Sequence record: PZ787336.1
Reading direction: 5' to 3' (one strand)
DNA length: 47,147 bases
Source of the DNA: a phage
Positions 27,073 to 36,395 of this stretch are shown piece by piece. The position numbers and the translations under genes were made by a program. Under the pieces are notes generated by a model, which saw only the letters and a list, made by a program, of their open reading frames with translations, was not told where the DNA came from and searched no databases. The first letter of the stretch is position 1, and each line of letters starts with the position of its first letter.

Positions 27073-27279
27073 TCACCATCTCAAAAAATCATTCTTGCAG
27101 CAGATACCCTTATATCCGCGCTTCTCTTGCAGGTTAACGAAAACATCATCCAGAACGCGCAGCAGAAAATCCTCGTCGATATCATACCGACGGCAAATAA
27201 CCTCATCAGGCACACCAGCTCGCGCCAGTGAATAAACCTGTTCTTTTTCCTCCTGTGTGAATCCTGCATAGCTGCGCAT
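27073..27279 (-). CDS. hypothetical protein
   Basis: 68 aa ORF, first gene after promoter at 27310-27338. Confidence 0.4.
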   Translation of the reverse strand: MRSYAGFTQEEKEQVYSLARAGVPDEVICRRYDIDEDFLLRVLDDVFVNLQEKRGYKGICCKNDFLRW

Positions 27280-27309
27280 AGTGATATCTCCGATAAGCCT
27301 GATGTAGAT

Positions 27310-27338
27310 ATACTATGCGCTCGGTGTAGATTTGTCAA
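27310..27338 (-). promoter_or_regulatory. sigma70-like promoter TTGACA-N17-TAGTAT on minus strand
   Basis: plus tgtcaa 27333-27338 and atacta 27310-27315; immediately downstream of the terminase large subunit stop. Confidence 0.5.
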
Positions 27339-27354
27339 GTGTGGTGATGCAGAT

Positions 27355-28779
27355 TTATCGCCTGCGCCGGATTAGCATTCCGCTACCGCGTTGAACGATA
27401 TGGTCATTGAGCGCGTAACGAACCGCATCCCAGAAGTGGTTGAATGCATCAACAATATCGGTCAGCACATTCCCTGTCAGCTTATCAACTTTGTAACTGT
27501 ACATTGCAGCTTCATTCTGTATTTCCTTGCATCGTTCGTGAATGACAATGCTGTCACAGCCGCGTAACCATGTCACGCCATCCTCAACGCTTCCCGGCCA
27601 TTTTGTGCATGGATGAATGTCAAACCCGGAACGCTTGATGTGACTGATGGTTTCTGGTCGAGCGCAGTCTGCATACCATCGTGCGCGCTTAGCCATCGGG
27701 AATGATTGCTCCATCGCCGCTGGCGTATCGGTAATCTCAAGGCCAACCTTGCCATACTCGCGATTAATATAAATGTTGCGCCGTCCGCCTGGTAACTCTT
27801 TGATGTACACTTCAACCATTGCGGTAGGATCGGTGGAAAACCCGAAGTCCATTCCGAAATATGGACCGTGCCATTCAGGTTTGACTTCGAAGTTATCAAT
27901 GCGCCATTTGCCGCCGAAGACCTGCTCATCACTGCGTTTGTTAAATTTGCCTTCCCATATCCACATGTAGCGGTCGAAATCGACGCGCTTCATTTGCTCC
28001 ATAGCGGATGGCAACGGCGTATCCCAGAACCACGGGTTGTCTGAATAGTTACATTCGATAACCAGAATTTCATCGTTTTCGAATATGCCATCAACCATTT
28101 GTGAGTGGTAGGGAGCAATCCAGTTTTTCCATGTCGGGTCTGTATCTTTGTTGGGGTTAAATGAGCACCACAACTCGGAATTAGCAGTACGGATGGTAGG
28201 CACAAGAATATCCCAGCTTGTCTGGCTGACGTTCTCTGCTTCCTCTACCCAGCCAACGGTAATGCCAGCAAAACCCTTGACTGTAGTCTGGTTGCGATAC
28301 AGCCCCTTGAAGCGAAATTTAGCCTTAGTCTTTTTGTGAGTTATCTCGTTGTTGATAACGCGAAACTCTGCCGATTCTCCCTTGCGGGCTATTTCGTCAA
28401 CAAGCTCCTGATAGCTTGAATCCTCAATGGATTGCTGAATCTCGCGAAAGCAGGCGAAGCGGTCAGGACGAAACCTTGCTCGCTCGGTAAGGATAGTGAT
28501 AATCGTTCTTGTCTTACCTGACCCACGACCACCGTAGACAAACTTGAAACGCTTCGGATAAAGCAGTCGCTCCAGTTTTGCCGGAATAAGGTGGTCGGCA
28601 TGAGTGGTTGCATTGGTTACGTCATCAACGCCAGTAGCGGTCATCCTTAACCGCTTAATGACGTTCTTCTGCATGTCGCAGATTCCAAAGATGGCGGACT
28701 CGGCTACTTCGGTCATTGCATCATCAATCTGCGCTTCCAGCTTTTCGATTGCCAGTGCGGATAGGCGTTTACGAGCCAT
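27355..28779 (-). CDS. terminase large subunit
   Basis: Walker A VYGGRGSGKT, conserved size; ATG at 28779; the track ORF starts at a TTG at 28818. Confidence 0.85.
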   Translation of the reverse strand: MARKRLSALAIEKLEAQIDDAMTEVAESAIFGICDMQKNVIKRLRMTATGVDDVTNATTHADHLIPAKLERLLYPKRFKFVYGGRGSGKTRTIITILTERARFRPDRFACFREIQQSIEDSSYQELVDEIARKGESAEFRVINNEITHKKTKAKFRFKGLYRNQTTVKGFAGITVGWVEEAENVSQTSWDILVPTIRTANSELWCSFNPNKDTDPTWKNWIAPYHSQMVDGIFENDEILVIECNYSDNPWFWDTPLPSAMEQMKRVDFDRYMWIWEGKFNKRSDEQVFGGKWRIDNFEVKPEWHGPYFGMDFGFSTDPTAMVEVYIKELPGGRRNIYINREYGKVGLEITDTPAAMEQSFPMAKRARWYADCARPETISHIKRSGFDIHPCTKWPGSVEDGVTWLRGCDSIVIHERCKEIQNEAAMYSYKVDKLTGNVLTDIVDAFNHFWDAVRYALNDHIVQRGSGMLIRRRR

Positions 28780-28919
28780 ATCGAACACGCCCCCAAGCGA
28801 TAACAAATCCTGATACAAGGAACATAGATGCGAATATGCTACCAGCGAAATCCCCTGATGGCATAATGGCGCTAACCATGCTCATAGCGATAGATGCCAC
28901 AAAACACCACGTAACAACA

Positions 28920-29363
28920 TCACGCATTCTGCTGCTCCAGTAATTTCTCCAGTCGCTCAAGTCGCGCTGCGAGTTCGGTGATTTCCTGAATATCAAGGCC
29001 AGACTTGATAATGTCAGCCATCATCTTGCCGATGTCAGCAGGCACGACGCCAGTGGAGACACCCTTGATGATTGCATCCATTTTCTGAACCGGAGTTCCG
29101 TCAGCAGGGAAGTCAAACTCCACAGGAGGAGCTACAGGCTTAGGAATTGGGTTGAGCCGCAGGAATATCTCTCGAAGCATACCAGTTGCCTGAGCGTCTT
29201 CGCATGTCATGGCCCTATTGATGTAATACGTGACGAATTCAATCTCATTCATCGGTGTATTTGCAGCACGAAGCGCCTCAAGCAGCACTGTGCGATAACT
29301 CTTACCGCGCGGAGGCGGTTGATTTGTAGAGGAAAACTTGTGTTTTGGATTTGGATTCGCCAT
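28920..29363 (-). CDS. terminase small subunit
   Basis: 147 aa ORF immediately upstream of the large subunit, C-terminal coiled-coil-like LERLEKLLEQQ; position-based. Confidence 0.6.
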   Translation of the reverse strand: MANPNPKHKFSSTNQPPPRGKSYRTVLLEALRAANTPMNEIEFVTYYINRAMTCEDAQATGMLREIFLRLNPIPKPVAPPVEFDFPADGTPVQKMDAIIKGVSTGVVPADIGKMMADIIKSGLDIQEITELAARLERLEKLLEQQNA

Positions 29364-29421
29364 GTCTTTTTGTGTTCTTTGAGTAACTCACATACGCTAA
29401 TTTTAACACATAGACGTAGAC

Positions 29422-29447
29422 AAAAAAGAACCCGCACAAGGCGGGTT
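29422..29447 (-). terminator. rho-independent terminator after the HNH gene
   Basis: minus strand AACCCGCCttgtGCGGGTT followed by cttttttg. Confidence 0.5.
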
Positions 29448-29543
29448 AAAGGTTGGGTGATGATATAAGTGAAAGCAATGGTGGTTATGCGTTTATTGTA
29501 CACCATCATTATCGCGCTTGCCAACAGAGCATCATAAACACAT

Positions 29544-30011
29544 TTATTTTTTTTCGTTCTCTTCCTGGTATTTCTCAAACCAGAAAACAACTGGTCTCTC
29601 CACCACGGCGATAAGACCGAAACGCTCTGCAGTGCGGAAATTCATGCTGCTTTTGCGCCCACGAGCAACCTGAAGAGATACCTGCTTCCTGAACATTTCC
29701 AGGGAATAGGAAGTTTTCATCAGATTGCAGGGGGCGCACGCAGGGTAAAGGTTTTCCAGTCGCTCGGCTTCTGGTCGATATAGCTCACCGGTTGCCTTCA
29801 GCTTGAAAATCCCTTTCGCCGCTGCCTTCATGCACTGCTCAGATTTACGTAGCACTGGTTCAACATGGTCTGCATGCCAACCTTTCTCGGGTAGCTCACA
29901 CCCACAATAAGCACAGCGACCACCGAACTTCATGCGTAGCTCTTCGCGTTGTTTTTTTGTTAGCTTCATTTCATCTACCATTTGTATGATTTTTTGTGTA
30001 GCACCATGCAT
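29544..30011 (-). CDS. HNH endonuclease (terminase-associated)
   Basis: CAYCGCEL...WHADHVEPV...CAPCN HNH motif; located directly upstream of the terminase small subunit; the track ORF extends to 30068. Confidence 0.75.
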   Translation of the reverse strand: MHGATQKIIQMVDEMKLTKKQREELRMKFGGRCAYCGCELPEKGWHADHVEPVLRKSEQCMKAAAKGIFKLKATGELYRPEAERLENLYPACAPCNLMKTSYSLEMFRKQVSLQVARGRKSSMNFRTAERFGLIAVVERPVVFWFEKYQEENEKK

Positions 30012-30124
30012 TTTCATTTCGCGTCTGCACATGAACGACTTCAAGCGCGTCAGGGAATGTCTTTGCAACCTTCTCGATGAAATCGTCTAATTCGTGCTGC
30101 TTTGCGAGTTGCCAGACTTTCTGT

Positions 30125-30304
30125 TTAGTGGTTTGCATTAGCATAATCCCTCGTTGAGCACATGTACTTAATGTCGTGCACACCATTGTCAGGAGCAACC
30201 TCAATGTAACTACCTATCTGTACCATCATGTAGTGACATGTCTTCATGCTGTTCCAGTAGCGTTCCCACATGTTCTGCATTGCGTCGCTGATATCGTTAA
30301 ACAT
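30125..30304 (-). CDS. hypothetical protein
   Basis: ATG 30304 overlaps the stop of the upstream small ORF; the track ORF extends to 30355. Confidence 0.35.
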   Translation of the reverse strand: MFNDISDAMQNMWERYWNSMKTCHYMMVQIGSYIEVAPDNGVHDIKYMCSTRDYANANH

Positions 30305-30404
30305 AATGCACAACTCCTGCAATGGCTGCTGCCAGTGCCAGCACATAAACAGCAAGGAAAATTTTAGCGCCAGTGGTGTATCGGCGTCGTTGCTGCCTGG
30401 TCAT
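30297..30404 (-). CDS. hypothetical small membrane protein (35 aa)
   Basis: GGAG RBS; Arg-rich N-terminus then hydrophobic helix. Confidence 0.3.
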   Translation of the reverse strand: MTRQQRRRYTTGAKIFLAVYVLALAAAIAGVVHYV

Positions 30405-30416
30405 AAAAATCTCCTG

Positions 30417-30641
30417 TTAGCTATGTTTAAGAGGCCATAATGCAAACTTCTGCCTAATGGAATTCTCTTTTCTCTTGTGAAGATGAGACTCCTCCATTAC
30501 AACCTCTGATGCTTCATCAAGAAGGTTTGCAAGTTCCATTGGAGTTTTTCTGCTAAGTGCCTCCATGTCCATAATGACTGAGGACAACTCAGCTAGCTTA
30601 TAAGAAATATCACGAAGATATTCGCTTCTTGTTATCATCAA
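30417..30641 (-). CDS. hypothetical protein
   Basis: 74 aa ORF. Confidence 0.4.
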   Translation of the reverse strand: MMITRSEYLRDISYKLAELSSVIMDMEALSRKTPMELANLLDEASEVVMEESHLHKRKENSIRQKFALWPLKHS

Positions 30642-30701
30642 TACATCTCCACTAAAGCGTGCGCCGCATAGAGCGCACTGGTAATTAATATGAACGTGTA
30701 G

Positions 30702-30917
30702 CTATTCACTTTTAGACAGGCTTTCGAATTGATGGTTGGTGGTGTCATTCTCCACCTCAGCAAGCATATCATCAAGAATCTTCCTTGACTCATCAACGAG
30801 TCTGTTAAATCCAGCATCATTAATGACAGGAACTGGCACAAATCCGATGCCTTCTGATGCAAGCGAATTAGCCATTTCAAGAGACTGCCTCAACTCAACT
30901 GGCGATGCTTTGTTCAT
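30702..30917 (-). CDS. hypothetical protein
   Basis: 71 aa; start overlaps the stop of 30914..31309. Confidence 0.4.
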   Translation of the reverse strand: MNKASPVELRQSLEMANSLASEGIGFVPVPVINDAGFNRLVDESRKILDDMLAEVENDTTNHQFESLSKSE

Positions 30918-31309
30918 TGTTTTGCTCCTTGTTCTTCCAGAAAAATACGCATAGCCTCAAGCATCTCTTCTGTGTCATACGGTGACAACTTGTCACGCAG
31001 GATGTGTTCAATGCTGTTAATGAACTTGCGGATTGCTTTGCGTTCAATTTCAGCCAGGAAAGCGTCGGTGGCTGGGGTTTCAGTGAAGTTGTCCTCCCAA
31101 CCGTAGTACTCCTGACGACAGAAGTTATTAAATTCCTTCTCCGACTGTTTAAGCGCCGCATTCTCCGCTGCCAGCTCCGCGCATTTAGTTTCGAGTGCTG
31201 CATAGTCCTTGTATTTAACGAACTGCCCGAGCCTCAGCTCTTCTCCATGCTTAAAATTAAGAATCTCTTTTTCGCCCATAACCAATGTGTATATCTTCAC
31301 TTCACTCAT
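30914..31309 (-). CDS. hypothetical protein
   Basis: 131 aa ORF, coupled to neighbours. Confidence 0.45.
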   Translation of the reverse strand: MSEVKIYTLVMGEKEILNFKHGEELRLGQFVKYKDYAALETKCAELAAENAALKQSEKEFNNFCRQEYYGWEDNFTETPATDAFLAEIERKAIRKFINSIEHILRDKLSPYDTEEMLEAMRIFLEEQGAKQ

Positions 31310-31539
31310 ACCATAACCCCCATTATTTCTTCGTAATAGCCATCTTCTTCAAACTCAATCTTTGCGATTGTGAGTGCATCCTCATCTGTGATGTCAATCG
31401 CTTTGAATTTGCACTTTGCCAGCACGATGCAGCCAGACATGATTAACCACTTATTCCACCAGCGCACTCGCTTGATTGTTTTGATTGCATACATTTTGTT
31501 CTGAACAAACCAGAACTCGTATGTTTTCACTTTTGCCAT
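31306..31539 (-). CDS. hypothetical protein
   Basis: 77 aa ORF. Confidence 0.4.
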   Translation of the reverse strand: MAKVKTYEFWFVQNKMYAIKTIKRVRWWNKWLIMSGCIVLAKCKFKAIDITDEDALTIAKIEFEEDGYYEEIMGVMV

Positions 31540-31575
31540 ATCATCACCATTAAAAATAAAAGCGCTGAATCGATG

Positions 31576-31758
31576 TCAGAACACGACAATCAGCTCATCC
31601 ATTACTCTTCGCTTTCCTTCACCATTAAACACGCGCACAACGCGATTTACGCGGATAGATTCCATTGCATTGCGTGCCTGCTTGCTCATGAAGTTCTGCG
31701 CGCCAACGTGACCGAGTTCCTGCTCCAGTTTCTCGCGACGATAGATAGTCTTTGCCAT
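31576..31758 (-). CDS. hypothetical protein
   Basis: 60 aa ORF. Confidence 0.4.
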   Translation of the reverse strand: MAKTIYRREKLEQELGHVGAQNFMSKQARNAMESIRVNRVVRVFNGEGKRRVMDELIVVF

Positions 31759-31938
31759 TTATTGCACCTCGCAAGAGTTAATGATTGACTTAATGCGACG
31801 GCGATACAGCTGCATGATGTGTTCGTTATGCCAGTTGCTCATCTTATTACTCCTTATACCCTGATTTGGAAACTGCCACTGCGATAATGATGAATGCCAC
31901 GGTAACAAGACTGGCAATAAGTTCGAATGCTGCGCCTG

Positions 31939-32085
31939 TCATTTGCTTAACCCATACGCTGAGATTAAAGCCTGCATTGCTGCGTTCCAGAATGCTTCTG
32001 CAGGAATGCTTTTGTTTGTGCGCTCAACTGCAATGCGTGCCATTGCCTGTGCATCTTCAAATTCTTCACGGTCTTTGATTTTCAT
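31939..32085 (-). CDS. hypothetical small protein, first gene of the leftward early operon
   Basis: about 48 aa, starts about 30 nt downstream of the minus promoter at 32116-32144. Confidence 0.3.
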   Translation of the reverse strand: MKIKDREEFEDAQAMARIAVERTNKSIPAEAFWNAAMQALISAYGLSK

Positions 32086-32115
32086 CTCTTCACTCTCGTT
32101 TGTTCCGATGAGTTC

Positions 32116-32144
32116 AATCTACATCAATGATGATTCTACGTCAA
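32116..32144 (-). promoter_or_regulatory. sigma70-like promoter TTGACG-N17-TAGATT on minus strand
   Basis: plus cgtcaa 32139-32144 and aatcta 32116-32121; adjacent to the iteron region. Confidence 0.5.
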
Positions 32145-32159
32145 CATAAATGCGTTAAA

Positions 32160-32475
32160 AACGTGCTCGTGGGGTAAATTTTTGCCCGTGGGGCAGGTCG
32201 TGGGGAAGGTGGTATGCCCCACGGGAAACCCTTGCGCCATGCGGCTTTTAACATGTTTGGGTAAGTGGGGCAGATTTCATACCCATCCCCTTATAAATAT
32301 ATTCAAATAATCCATTTGTTAATATTATGTTAATTACTATCTATAATATGAATAATAATATTACCCATTACCCCAAATAATAATAATTTTATTATATTAC
32401 ATATACTTAGAGTAAAAGTTCGTGGGGAAGGTGATGTTCCCCACGGCTGCCCCACGTTACCCACGCGAGTCGTAT
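32160..32475. other. putative origin of replication: CGTGGGG/CCCCACG iterons flanking an AT-rich stretch
   Basis: at least 8 copies of the 7-mer in both orientations on either side of a roughly 130-bp AT-rich segment, immediately upstream of the replication protein gene. Confidence 0.55.
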
Positions 32476-32520
32476 TTGATGTTGCATGAATCAATACTTA
32501 TGATATGATTCAATCATAAT

Positions 32521-32760
32521 TTGTTGCTGTTGGAGGCTTTTGTGAAACTTGATAAGTACGGCAAAAAGAATGCAGCTCTTTCTGGGTTGTCGGCGGTTTC
32601 AATAGGTGAGACTGTGATGATTAATTCGAAGAGGTTTGGAGGAATTGCAAACCTGAGGAACGCATTAAACTACTTCATGCGCAGGAATGAAGGCATGAAA
32701 TTCTCAACAAAGGTTGGGTATCCTGACAAAGACATGGTTTACGTAAAAAGGATTTCATGA
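32521..32760 (+). CDS. hypothetical protein preceding the replication protein
   Basis: track ORF; probably starts at an internal GTG after a GGAGG RBS. Confidence 0.4.
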   Translation: MLLLEAFVKLDKYGKKNAALSGLSAVSIGETVMINSKRFGGIANLRNALNYFMRRNEGMKFSTKVGYPDKDMVYVKRIS

Positions 32761-34313
32761 TGATCACAGCGCAAGACATCTTCAACGAAGCAAGGGAGTT
32801 AAAAGTATCTCCGGCTCGCGTTGCCTTCCATCATGGCATGACACCAAGTTCTAACATGTGGCTTGACATCAAGGAAGGAAAGGAGCGCGATGTAACGTAC
32901 TCAGAAACAGAACTGACCAGTGAGCACCGGACTGATTTGCTGTCTCGTTATGCAATCGCTGCAGCTCGCGCAGTTCAGTTCCCAATAAATACATCGTTCA
33001 TGCATTTACTTGGGTGCGTTGCCAGCGCAATGACGAGAAACTTTAGCGTTGAGTATTACCATTCAGAACTTCCAGTCTCTCTTTACGTGGTGACTTCTCA
33101 GCCTCCATCAGCAGGGAAAACAGCCATCAACTCAATGCACATGAATCCGGTGAAGATTGAATATGACAACCTTTCTAAAAAGATGGAAAAGCAAATCATA
33201 AAAATAAATCTTCGCATCGAAGAACTGATGAAGGCATACAAAGAGGCCAGTAATCAGAATGCAAAGGCACTAATCGGAGATGATATTGCTCGCGAAAAGG
33301 AGAAGCTGGAGGAGCTTTATACGATCACATATCCACTGACGGACGCAACTCCGGAGGCTGTTCAGCATCAGGCCATTCATGAAGGTGGTTTTTTTAATCT
33401 GATAAGTGACGAGGCAAGCGTTCTTAACACATGCCTTGGCCTTTCTTACGGAAAAGAAGGTGGAAAGGCAAACGCCGAAGTAATCCTGAAGGGATGGGAT
33501 GGCGGATTCATTGGCTCTGCTCGTGTTGGTCGTGGCGTTTCATCTGGTTACGTGCTTGGAAACATAAGTGTGATTGCGCAGGATGAAAGTATTGATGCCA
33601 TTCTTGCCGCTGGCGACAGGGGGAACGGTCTTTCTGAACGTTTCCTGATGTTGCGAGAGCAATCAATGCTTGGCTATCGCGAACACTGGGACATGGTTAA
33701 TGATTGCCCTGTAAGCAAGCCAATGCCAGACAGCTTGAGGTCGGAATATGCAAGATTTATACATAATGTTGTGTCAGCAGAAAAAACAAAACTGACGCTT
33801 CACAATGACTCAGCAAGAATGATCGGCCTGTTACGAAATCAGTGGGAGAAAAACTTCCTTCCCGGCGGTAAGTGGGACCACGTTCTTCTTCGTGGCGCGA
33901 TGGGTAAAGCTGATAAGCAAATAATACGTCTGGCAGCAATATTTCACGCTGCTGAAAACTGGTGCGATGGAGGAAAGCGTTCAAAGATTATCGGTGAAAA
34001 TGAAATTAGTCGCGCCATCAGTGTTTATGACGCACTGACAAAAACGTTCACTGATGCTGTTGAATCAAATGGGTATGCTGGTGAACGATCTGAGTTTGAT
34101 GTTGTTGCCGAAAAACTACGCTCCGCCGCTCAGAAAGGGAAAAATAGCGTAACGGTGAAGTGGCTTTATGATTCACTTAAAAACGTGCGACCATTCAAAG
34201 GGATACCTAAAATTTATGACCGACTCAGATCAAGTGTATTGCCATCACTTGAAGAGGATGGTTACTGCGTATTTATCGGAAACACTGTTCACATAAATCC
34301 GAGGTTGAAATGA
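32757..34313 (+). CDS. putative replication protein with P-loop (DUF3987-like)
   Basis: 518 aa, P-loop-like SQPPSAGKT, directly downstream of the iteron origin. Confidence 0.55.
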   Translation: MMITAQDIFNEARELKVSPARVAFHHGMTPSSNMWLDIKEGKERDVTYSETELTSEHRTDLLSRYAIAAARAVQFPINTSFMHLLGCVASAMTRNFSVEYYHSELPVSLYVVTSQPPSAGKTAINSMHMNPVKIEYDNLSKKMEKQIIKINLRIEELMKAYKEASNQNAKALIGDDIAREKEKLEELYTITYPLTDATPEAVQHQAIHEGGFFNLISDEASVLNTCLGLSYGKEGGKANAEVILKGWDGGFIGSARVGRGVSSGYVLGNISVIAQDESIDAILAAGDRGNGLSERFLMLREQSMLGYREHWDMVNDCPVSKPMPDSLRSEYARFIHNVVSAEKTKLTLHNDSARMIGLLRNQWEKNFLPGGKWDHVLLRGAMGKADKQIIRLAAIFHAAENWCDGGKRSKIIGENEISRAISVYDALTKTFTDAVESNGYAGERSEFDVVAEKLRSAAQKGKNSVTVKWLYDSLKNVRPFKGIPKIYDRLRSSVLPSLEEDGYCVFIGNTVHINPRLK

Positions 34314-34501
34314 TAACAATATCAGGCGAACTTTGCCGCTCAGAAGGCTCATGGAATTTCAGACCGTATGGTTATTCGACGTGGTTTTTCTGGTCTGGGA
34401 TTAACAAAGTATGGATTCGATCTAATTACCACGTACTTGATGATTACTGGCACAGATTTTCTGTTGGTTATGTTGACATTTCAAAATTGATGATTAAGTG
34501 A
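34310..34501 (+). CDS. hypothetical Trp/Tyr-rich small protein
   Basis: 63 aa ORF. Confidence 0.35.
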   Translation: MITISGELCRSEGSWNFRPYGYSTWFFWSGINKVWIRSNYHVLDDYWHRFSVGYVDISKLMIK

Positions 34502-34511
34502 GGGTAAGGAA

Positions 34512-34769
34512 ATGGATGTAAAAGAGAAGGTTTTGCAGGTGATGCGTTCCCGGGCTGCCCTGCAAGAGAAAGCTCTCGGCGGGGAATATCCATTCAGGAT
34601 AGCAACATGGAATTTGCGGTTGGCAATGGAGAAGGAATTTCCTGATGAAGAATGGCGTTCGGCAGATTTGCGAAAAATTCTTATGGAGCTGGCTAAAGAC
34701 GGAGCGGTATCCAAAGACACCTATGCCAGCCGGATTGGTCAGGCGGTATGGAGACTGGAGGCGCGGTAA
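34512..34769 (+). CDS. hypothetical protein
   Basis: 85 aa ORF. Confidence 0.4.
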   Translation: MDVKEKVLQVMRSRAALQEKALGGEYPFRIATWNLRLAMEKEFPDEEWRSADLRKILMELAKDGAVSKDTYASRIGQAVWRLEAR

Positions 34770-35074
34770 TGGCTAACCTGCAACTTGCTGTCAAAGGTGA
34801 ATACTTCGATGCCATGATTCGCGGAGAGAAAACGGAAGAGTATCGCCTTTTTAATGACTACTGGAAGAAGCGCCTTATTAACTTTAAAGACAGCGGACAG
34901 ATTGGAAGGAAGTACGAAAGGTTAATTATCACAAAAGGATATCCAAAGAAGGACGATAAATCCAGGCGTATTGATATCCCATACGATGGATGGACGGTTA
35001 AGACCATCACCCACCCACACTTCGGTCCTGACCCGGTGGAAGTGTTCGCAATAAAAGTTAACATCAAAGCATAA
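34769..35074 (+). CDS. ASCH-domain-like protein
   Basis: about 100 aa, pattern LAVKGEYFDAMIRGEKTEEYR resembles ASCH/PUA-like domain proteins; the track ORF starts at 34748. Confidence 0.45.
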   Translation: MANLQLAVKGEYFDAMIRGEKTEEYRLFNDYWKKRLINFKDSGQIGRKYERLIITKGYPKKDDKSRRIDIPYDGWTVKTITHPHFGPDPVEVFAIKVNIKA

Positions 35075-35075
35075 C

Positions 35076-35105
35076 AAAAACCCTCCAGTCGGAGGGTTTA
35101 TTTTA
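35076..35105. terminator. bidirectional rho-independent terminator
   Basis: aaaaaCCCTCCagtcGGAGGGtttatttt. Confidence 0.7.
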
Positions 35106-36056
35106 TCTGCTTACTGGCATTTTCTCTATCAGCTCGCCAGCGTCATAAATCTTTCTCCTGATTCTCTTTGCCATCCTTATTGTTTCAGCATCATCAGGAA
35201 GCATCACCGGAAGCCCTGCATTTTCCGCAGCGCAAAGTTCGTCGAATTTATAATTAACTATGCAGCGCAATCTCGCCTTCGTTTCATCGCTAACCGAGCG
35301 CACAACCTCCCACATGTTTTCCGGCGACCAGCAGCACCAGGCATGAGCGCCAGTGAAGTAGTGGCATTTCCACGCATCGGCATAATCAGATACCAGGTAA
35401 ATGAACTTCCCGTTGTCTTCTCCGATTGGGCTTATCGCGCCGCGCGTGAGTTTGCCGTTGATGGCTGAGTCCTTGTTGTATCCTGCGCGGAAAAACGTTC
35501 TGATTGAATCACCATCCATGCCAATGAATGCCACGTTGCACAGTTTCATTGTGTCAGCTCGCATCATCTCAACCGCAATAAGTTCTCCAGATTTGCCTCT
35601 GGTGACGTTAACGTCGCAACCAATACCATTTATCAAAGTCCACTCATTCATCGCGACACGAGTCGTTTTAGCCATGATTGCTGCGACTTCCTGCTCGGTG
35701 ATGAAGTCATCGCTGTGATTTATCTTCGGTAGCTCTTTCCTGATTGCCTCCAGCTTTTCACGCGGGTGCATATTCAGGAATCCACCAAGTGCCTCCAGCG
35801 CTTCAGGAAAGCTCATTCCGGAGAGTTTCATCAGCCAATTCATGCCGCTGCCGGAACCGCACTGATTGCAGATTGCGCCGCCATCGCCTTTTGTTTCGAA
35901 GTTGTCATCAAAGCGATACCTGTCTTTTCCTGAGCATGACGGGCATGGCTGGTGCTTGCCATTGAAAACTCTGCTATCCACATTGACGATAGACATGATG
36001 GCAGCTTGCCAATTTCCGATCATTTTTGGCTCAATGTCTTTCCAGTCGTATCTCAT
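35103..36056 (-). CDS. DNA primase (zinc-finger plus Toprim-like)
   Basis: CPSCSGKDRYRFDD...CNQCG zinc-binding motif typical of phage/plasmid primases; ATG at 36056 with AAGGG RBS; the track ORF extends to 36167. Confidence 0.7.
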   Translation of the reverse strand: MRYDWKDIEPKMIGNWQAAIMSIVNVDSRVFNGKHQPCPSCSGKDRYRFDDNFETKGDGGAICNQCGSGSGMNWLMKLSGMSFPEALEALGGFLNMHPREKLEAIRKELPKINHSDDFITEQEVAAIMAKTTRVAMNEWTLINGIGCDVNVTRGKSGELIAVEMMRADTMKLCNVAFIGMDGDSIRTFFRAGYNKDSAINGKLTRGAISPIGEDNGKFIYLVSDYADAWKCHYFTGAHAWCCWSPENMWEVVRSVSDETKARLRCIVNYKFDELCAAENAGLPVMLPDDAETIRMAKRIRRKIYDAGELIEKMPVSR

Positions 36057-36066
36057 AAATTTACCC

Positions 36067-36094
36067 TTGATTGTTGGTGTAGATTGAGTATAAG
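36067..36094 (+). promoter_or_regulatory. sigma70-like promoter TTGATT-N16-TATAAG
   Basis: contains gtagattga; the divergent minus promoter for the primase uses the gacgtagaaacatcaa element at 36101-36116. Confidence 0.45.
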
Positions 36095-36131
36095 CTAACT
36101 GACGTAGAAACATCAATAAAAGGATATAGCA

Positions 36132-36395
36132 GTGTTCCTTGATAGCATTTTTAAGAGGATTTTTCATGGCAAGCCAATCCCTGTTGCCTTCGGATACCCG
36201 CCACGAAGCAATACATGGCTAACCATATACAGAAGACAGAGAACTGGAGAATGGATTTTTGAGTGGGATGATTTGTTTGCCGATGAGCGACCAGAAGATT
36301 ATCTATGGAATCTTAGTTATATGTATTTTTATAGCGGAATAGATGATGAAACAAAGAAACAAACAATTGAACGTCTTGGTGCGAGGATTTGGTAA
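36132..36395 (+). CDS. hypothetical protein (GTG start)
   Basis: 87 aa ORF; stop overlaps the helicase ATG (TAATG). Confidence 0.4.
   Translation: MFLDSIFKRIFHGKPIPVAFGYPPRSNTWLTIYRRQRTGEWIFEWDDLFADERPEDYLWNLSYMYFYSGIDDETKKQTIERLGARIW

Noticed and set aside
28769-28996. 75-aa hydrophobic ORF bridging the terminase small and large subunit genes
   Set aside because: Overlaps the ends of both terminase genes in another frame; an internal 52-codon version from ATG 28925 is possible but unsupported.
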